Below are positions 58,654 to 64,000 of a stretch of 64,000 nt of DNA, in pieces. The position numbers and the translations under genes were made by a program. Each line of letters starts with the position of its first letter. Position 1 is the first letter of the stretch. The stretch covers positions 224,001 to 288,000 of the forward strand of contig OY760074.1 of the NCBI GenBank assembly GCA_963663035.1, in the 5' to 3' direction. The notes beneath the pieces are model-generated. The model searched no databases. It was given only the letters and a program-made list of their open reading frames with translations, and was not told where the DNA came from. Source of the DNA: Acidobacteriota bacterium. Lineage in GTDB: Bacteria; Acidobacteriota; UBA6911; RPQK01; JADFOI01.

Positions 58654-59769
58654 TCAATCCAATAATCCCCTTTCCCGTAACTCAGTTTGAGCCTGATCAA
58701 AGTGGTCCTCCCACCCGGCCGAACGCGCCCACTCGGCAAGTTCTGCCAAACCCTCTTCCCACTGAATCGTGGGTTGGTAACCCAGTAGCTCCCTGGCCTT
58801 CTTGATATCTGCAGTACAGTGACGAATATCCCCTTTTCGAAACTTATTCGTTATGTCAGGTTCAATCACCTCTCCTCCGGCAAGTTGAGCCAGAGTCCGA
58901 GCGCAGTCGATAATGCGACGTGGAATGCCAGAACCGATGTTGAGAACTTCACCCACAACAGCTTCCGATTCCAAAGTGAGAAGCACAGCATCGACCACGT
59001 CATGTACGGAAACAAAATCACGAGTTTGATTGCCATCTTCATAAATGACGGGTGCCTGACCCGCCAATAACCGGCTCAAGAAAACAGCAAGAACACCGGT
59101 GTAGGGATTTTTTAGTGATTGTCCGGGGCCATAAACATTAAACAAACGCAAGCAGACCACTGGGAATTCGTAAACTTCTCCCAAACTGAAGGAGAGTTCT
59201 TCCTGGTATTTCTTCGTCAGAGCGTAGATGTTACGAGCCAGCAATTCTTCACTCTCTGGAGTCGGGACCGCTGCCAGAACCTCGCCCGTTTCAGGGCAAA
59301 CCGGATCCCAGCCGTGCTCACTGATGTCCTGCTGTGAACGAATTCCGACTCGGACCAAACTGTTGTCAGAAGGTCGACGATAAAGTCCTTCTCCATAGGA
59401 TGTATTGGAGGTGAGCACAATCAATTTTCTGAGAGGTCTTTGACGCTGGGCCAGCAGTTCCAGTAAGAGTGCCGTACCGCCGACGTTGACATCGACAAAA
59501 TGACCTGCGCGATAGAGAGACTGAGCCACACCGACAGTCGCTGCACAATGGATCACTGCATCGGCACCTTCCAGCGCTTCTGCCAGCTTGCTTCTGTCAC
59601 GCACGTCAGCCATGGAAAACTCTGCTTTGGATGAGACCGGGGTTGGTGAGGTTCCGTGCACTTGAGGATCCAAGGTGTCGATAATGGAAACCGAGTATCC
59701 TGATTCCAGTAATCGTTCCACGATGGAGGAGCCGATAAAACCGGCGCCACCGGTAACCAAGACCTTCAT
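58654..59769 (-). CDS. NAD-dependent epimerase/dehydratase
   Basis: TGGAGFIG, LDPQVH, YALTK, GPGQSL.NPYTG, GDIRHC. Confidence 0.9.
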   Translation of the reverse strand: MKVLVTGGAGFIGSSIVERLLESGYSVSIIDTLDPQVHGTSPTPVSSKAEFSMADVRDRSKLAEALEGADAVIHCAATVGVAQSLYRAGHFVDVNVGGTALLLELLAQRQRPLRKLIVLTSNTSYGEGLYRRPSDNSLVRVGIRSQQDISEHGWDPVCPETGEVLAAVPTPESEELLARNIYALTKKYQEELSFSLGEVYEFPVVCLRLFNVYGPGQSLKNPYTGVLAVFLSRLLAGQAPVIYEDGNQTRDFVSVHDVVDAVLLTLESEAVVGEVLNIGSGIPRRIIDCARTLAQLAGGEVIEPDITNKFRKGDIRHCTADIKKARELLGYQPTIQWEEGLAELAEWARSAGWEDHFDQAQTELRERGLLD

Positions 59770-59841
59770 GACTCAGTGCCTCGTTTCATCAATAACGGAA
59801 ACGTAAGAGACGATAAACGAAACGAAGGGCCAGGTACAGAC

Positions 59842-59927
59842 TCAATGGGAAATATGGGGACAGACTACCCGTTTTCCTCATTTCGAAATGAGGAAAACGG
59901 GTAGTCTGTCCCCATATTTCCCATTGA
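59842..59927. repeat. 86-bp perfect spacer-less palindrome
   Basis: Two 43-bp arms checked base by base, centre ...catttc|gaaatg... Confidence 0.9.
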
Positions 59928-60033
59928 TGAGGAAAATTGGATATGAATGAGTTCTCTCGGATAGAATAATAGAAAGGAGATACCTTCGCCGGATATTCTT
60001 CCTGGCGATGTGTCGCTCTTCATTCAAGGAAGT

Positions 60034-60525
60034 ATGAAAAGGAGTCTCCGAGCTCTTCACTGGCTGACAAGGGGTGCGGGATTTTTCCTGTTGGCCTTCG
60101 GTCTTCTTGCTTGTGGTTCCTCGGAGACCAGGGACACCATTGCTTTCCAACAGTACGACCCGGCTATTCTTTATCGCGCCAGGCAGGAAGGACGCCCCGT
60201 CCTTCTCGAGTTTTATGCAGAGTGGTGCATCCCCTGCCGAGAGCTCGAGGAGTTCACCTTCAACGATGGAGGGGTCATCACAGCCACCTGGCCATTTGTG
60301 AGGGTTCGGGTGGACATGACCGACTACGAGTCAGCGGAGTCCGAGCGTCTGCGAGAGCAATTTGGCGTGACCGGCGTCCCCGAGATTCACTTTCTGGATC
60401 CTCGAGGAGATGAAATTCAGGAGGCGCGCGTCATCGGGTTTCTTGGCCCTGAGGACTTTCTCCGACATGTCGAGCGCGCCCTGCAGCCGGGTCCCCGAAA
60501 AAACTTCCCTTCCGTTCCCGGTTAA
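60034..60525 (+). CDS. Thioredoxin-like lipoprotein (DsbD gamma-domain-like)
   Basis: LLAC lipobox, FYAEWCIPC, GVP cis-Pro loop, RVIGFL. Confidence 0.85.
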   Translation: MKRSLRALHWLTRGAGFFLLAFGLLACGSSETRDTIAFQQYDPAILYRARQEGRPVLLEFYAEWCIPCRELEEFTFNDGGVITATWPFVRVRVDMTDYESAESERLREQFGVTGVPEIHFLDPRGDEIQEARVIGFLGPEDFLRHVERALQPGPRKNFPSVPG

Positions 60526-60534
60526 AGCGAGTAC

Positions 60535-62676
60535 CTAGCTTCTCCTGAGTGCCTCCAGGACTGTTTCGGGCGTCATGGGTAGATGTCGCACCCGCGCCCC
60601 GCTAGCGGCAAAGATCGCATTGGCAACGGCCGGTGCGGCAGGAGGCAGTCCCGGCTCACCGCAGCCGCCCTGGCTCTCATCACTGTCCACAATATGCACC
60701 TCCACGTCGAACGAGTCGCTCATACGCAGGAGATTGTAGTCGAAGAAATTGGACGATTTGACTCCACCGTCGGCAAAGTGGACTTTCTCTTTGAAAGCCG
60801 CACTCAACCCCATCGTGATGGCACCCATCATCTGGGCGTGAACGGTGTCGGGATTCACATGAGGCCCACAATCAACGGCGCAGACCACTCGATGAACTTT
60901 CACCTTTCCGGTGTTTCTGTCCACCGACACCTCGGCAACCTGAGCGACATAACTTCTATAGGAGTAGTAGCCGGCAATTCCGCGTCCCTCGGCCCCAACC
61001 AAAGGCTTACCCCAGCCTGCCTTTTCCGCTACCAGCTCGAGAACCCCATGTAATCGCTTGTTCTCCTTGAGATGTTGGAGGCGAAATTCCAGTGGGTCCT
61101 TGCCGGCGGCATGAGCCAGCTCATCCATGAAGCTCTCCACCGTAAAGCCGTTGTGAGAACTTCCCACCGAGCGCCAGAAGGTGCAAGGGATGGAATTTTT
61201 CAACTCCACCCATTTCACCGATACATTGGGGACCTTGTACTGCAGACGGGTCAGACCCGAGACGGCCTGTCCATCGAATTGGGAGCCGGGCCGCATAGAA
61301 AACTGGGCAGCCACGACCTTGTGGGACCAAGCGGTCACCTGACCTTCTGGGTCCAGCGCCGCCGTGATTCTGGTGGAGTTTGCGGGACGATAGAGATCGT
61401 ACTGAATGTCCTCTTCCCGGGTCCAGATGACCTTGACGGGTTCTCCCGTGGCCTTGGAAATCTGAATGGCCTCCTCAGCGAAGTCGGTTCTGGCCCGACG
61501 GCCCAGTCCGCATCCCAGATAAGGAGTATGCACATGGATTTGCTCCGCTTCCAATCCGGTAATACTGACTGCCGCATCCAGAACCCGACTTTGTCCTTGG
61601 GTGGAAACCCAGACATCGCATCGGTCAGCCTGCACATGAGCCGTGCAGTTTAGGGGCTCCATGGGGGCATGGGACAGATAAGGCAGATGATACTCCGCCT
61701 GGACCTGCTGGTGAGCCTGCTCTATTGCGCTTAGGGCATCACCTTCATCGTGTGCGGTGACCCCCTCCTTCTCCAGGCTGGCTACCAGGTCTCTATCAAC
61801 CGTTTCTGTGCTTTGGCTGGGAAAGTCTCCCTGGCTCCAGTTCACTCCGAGAGCCTCTCGACCCTTCCAGGCAGCGTCCAGGGTTTCAGCACAAACCGCA
61901 ACCCCGGCGTCCACTTGCACCACATGGCGCACCCCGGCAACCGCCTTGGCCGCTTCTTCACTGTAGGAAACCACCTCCGCCCCCAGGGCAGGCGGACGGG
62001 CAATCGCGCCGTAGAGCATTCCAGGCACAAAGGTATCGATGCCGAATTTGGCTTGACCGTTGACCTTGGCCGGTATGTCCAGACGCGCTATGGGCGTCCT
62101 CATGATTTTAAATTCGCTTTTGTCCTTCAGACGCGGATTCTCTGGCACGGGAAGTTGGGAGGCTTCCTCCACCAGCTCCCCATAGGTGAAGCTCCGGCCA
62201 CTGGATCTATGAAGAACCTGGCCCTCAGAGGTCTGACACTCGCTGACGGGCACACTCCACCTTTCGGCGCCTGCCTGCAACAGCATCTCTCGACCTGCAG
62301 CACCGGCTAACCGCAAGGGCTCATACATGCTTCTCACACCACCGCTTCCTCCGGTTGTCATTGAGGTGAAGCGGGGCGGAGTGTAGTACTCCTTGCGGGT
62401 GGGCGCCTGCTCAACTCCGACCTGATCCCACTTCACATCCAGCTCCTCGGCCACAATCATGGCCAGGGCGGTATGGGTCCCCTGACCCATCTCCGATTTG
62501 TTGACCATAACCGTGAGCCGATTATTGGCTGTCAGGGTGTACCAGGAGGTAGGCTGGAACTGGTCCGTGTCGGCTTCCGCCATGGCGAAAACCTTGAAGC
62601 CCGAAGCTGTGGCTGCTACCGCCAGTGTAAGACCTGTTCGGGTCAAAAACTCTCGACGATCGATTGTGCTGTTCAT
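60535..62676 (-). CDS. iorB: Molybdopterin-binding subunit, isoquinoline 1-oxidoreductase beta-like
   Basis: Tat signal IDRREFL, EMGQG, TGGS, HAPMEP, WTREED, WRSV, GEP. Confidence 0.88.
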   Translation of the reverse strand: MNSTIDRREFLTRTGLTLAVAATASGFKVFAMAEADTDQFQPTSWYTLTANNRLTVMVNKSEMGQGTHTALAMIVAEELDVKWDQVGVEQAPTRKEYYTPPRFTSMTTGGSGGVRSMYEPLRLAGAAGREMLLQAGAERWSVPVSECQTSEGQVLHRSSGRSFTYGELVEEASQLPVPENPRLKDKSEFKIMRTPIARLDIPAKVNGQAKFGIDTFVPGMLYGAIARPPALGAEVVSYSEEAAKAVAGVRHVVQVDAGVAVCAETLDAAWKGREALGVNWSQGDFPSQSTETVDRDLVASLEKEGVTAHDEGDALSAIEQAHQQVQAEYHLPYLSHAPMEPLNCTAHVQADRCDVWVSTQGQSRVLDAAVSITGLEAEQIHVHTPYLGCGLGRRARTDFAEEAIQISKATGEPVKVIWTREEDIQYDLYRPANSTRITAALDPEGQVTAWSHKVVAAQFSMRPGSQFDGQAVSGLTRLQYKVPNVSVKWVELKNSIPCTFWRSVGSSHNGFTVESFMDELAHAAGKDPLEFRLQHLKENKRLHGVLELVAEKAGWGKPLVGAEGRGIAGYYSYRSYVAQVAEVSVDRNTGKVKVHRVVCAVDCGPHVNPDTVHAQMMGAITMGLSAAFKEKVHFADGGVKSSNFFDYNLLRMSDSFDVEVHIVDSDESQGGCGEPGLPPAAPAVANAIFAASGARVRHLPMTPETVLEALRRS

Positions 62677-63146
62677 GAGTTCCTCACCTCCTCGGCCGCC
62701 TGTTTGATGGCCTGCTTGATCCGCATATAGGTCCCGCAGCGGCAAAGATTGCCCTCCATGGCCTGGATGATCTCTTCATCGCTGGGATTGGAATTGTTCT
62801 CCACAAGGGCCACCGCCGACATGATCTGCCCCGATTGGCAGTAGCCGCACTGGGGAACCTGGACGCCAATCCAGGCCTGCTTTACTGGATGATCTTCGGC
62901 AACGCCTTCGATGGTGGTGATCTCGCGGCCCACCACCCGGCTCGCCGTCAGCTGACAGGATCGCATGGGCCGGCCGTCCACGTGGACCGTACAGGCACCA
63001 CACTGGGAGATTCCGCAGCCGAACTTGGTGCCGGTGAGCTGAAGATGTTCCCGGATGATCCACAGCAAGGGAACATCCTCTTCCGCTTCCAAGGTGTGGG
63101 GTGCTCCATTGATTTGCAGTGTAAATGTTTGCTTCATTACAGACAC
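62673..63146 (-). CDS. iorA: (2Fe-2S)-binding subunit
   Basis: GTKFGCG..QCGACTV, QCGYCQSG, NLCRCGTY. Confidence 0.9.
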   Translation of the reverse strand: MSVMKQTFTLQINGAPHTLEAEEDVPLLWIIREHLQLTGTKFGCGISQCGACTVHVDGRPMRSCQLTASRVVGREITTIEGVAEDHPVKQAWIGVQVPQCGYCQSGQIMSAVALVENNSNPSDEEIIQAMEGNLCRCGTYMRIKQAIKQAAEEVRNS

Positions 63147-63378
63147 TCCTTCTCGTCCCTGTTAATTAGGGAGTTTAAGTAGATTGTACTGCGTGTAAAC
63201 TGGAAAGCACTTTGCTCAAGTATATGATAAGGATGTGATCACTGATTGCTCTCTTGAAAGGGTATCGGAGAGAAAAAGGAGTGTCAAATAACCCTCTGTT
63301 CGCTTTCCAACTTGTCTTCGAATCTCCAAAGGTTTAGCCTAAGTTCAGTCTAATGGATCCTCTGGAGGCCCGATAAAA

Positions 63379-64000
63379 GTGAAGATGGTCTTCATTCTGA
63401 CTCTCTGTCTTTCCCTGTCCGCCCTTAACGCCTTAGGACAAGATCAATTCGAATTCCGGGGCACGGTCTTGCAGGCTGACGGTAGACCTTTCAGGGATGT
63501 GGTGCCGGTGATCTTTCTTCACGGGGCCACCGATTCGTTTGTGACCCAGACCGTTGCTGATCGCGGTGGGAACTTCAAGTTCGAGAGGCTTTCTCCTGGA
63601 ATGTACACCCTGAGCATCGCGGTCCCGCGGTGGGGCCAAATGCAACAGACCATCGAAGTAGGAGCCAGCTTCAGCGATCCCGAGGGTAGGATTGAGACGA
63701 CCTTTCACTTTGATCCCAGGTCCTCACAACAGGATGAGAATACGGTTTCAGCCACCCGGTTGTCCATTCCCGATAGTGCCGTTAAGGAATACATGAAAGC
63801 TCAAGATCAACTGGAGAAGCGTGATGTACCGGCTGCTGTCGAGCATCTCAAGAAGGCGGTCGAGCTGGCCCCCCAGTTTGCAGATGCCTGGAACAACTTG
63901 GGAACCATCGCCTACCAGTCCAAGGAGTATGGGCAGGCCGAAGTCTATTTTCGCGAGGCCCTCGAGCAAGAGGCCGATTCTTATCTTCCTCTGGTCAATC
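63379..64000 (+). CDS. Secreted carboxypeptidase-regulatory-like domain + TPR protein (runs off the window)
   Basis: Manual translation: signal peptide, GNFKFERLSPGMYTL, HLKKAVELAPQFADAWNNLG. GGAGG RBS. Not in the ORF track. Confidence 0.85.
   Translation, partial: MKMVFILTLCLSLSALNALGQDQFEFRGTVLQADGRPFRDVVPVIFLHGATDSFVTQTVADRGGNFKFERLSPGMYTLSIAVPRWGQMQQTIEVGASFSDPEGRIETTFHFDPRSSQQDENTVSATRLSIPDSAVKEYMKAQDQLEKRDVPAAVEHLKKAVELAPQFADAWNNLGTIAYQSKEYGQAEVYFREALEQEADSYLPLVN

Noticed and set aside
59878-60150. 90-aa minus-strand ORF
   Set aside because: It overlaps the thioredoxin gene antisense and ends in the palindrome, with no protein features.

Overview
GC-rich bacterial chromosomal window. 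The gene content (DUF1592/DUF1552/ankyrin trio, DUF5916, carboxypeptidase-regulatory/TPR protein, IorAB) suggests Acidobacteriota, which is an inference. It carries a MazF-type toxin-antitoxin pair, an OmpR-family two-component system divergent from a VWA-PspA-membrane protein operon, and a Spy/CpxP-like protein. A long sugar-modification cluster includes a sulfotransferase and GT-C enzymes. There are also TTT and Yej/Opp-like transporters, two near-identical IS1380 copies, one IS256, and many MITE/REP repeats. The main discovery is that the two adjacent ORFs 34657..35475 and 35503..36360 are very probably one exported selenoprotein of 567 aa. Its architecture is signal peptide, six EF-hands, a deiodinase-like thioredoxin fold with CLTU(PPF) and a SECIS-like hairpin, and a DsbD-alpha-like domain. 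Its promoter shares CpxR-like GTAAA repeats with the response regulator and the Spy-like gene, which suggests an envelope-stress regulon. A second finding is a modular, covarying structured repeat family whose ends resemble the IS1380 termini. No rRNA, tRNA or CRISPR array was recognised.
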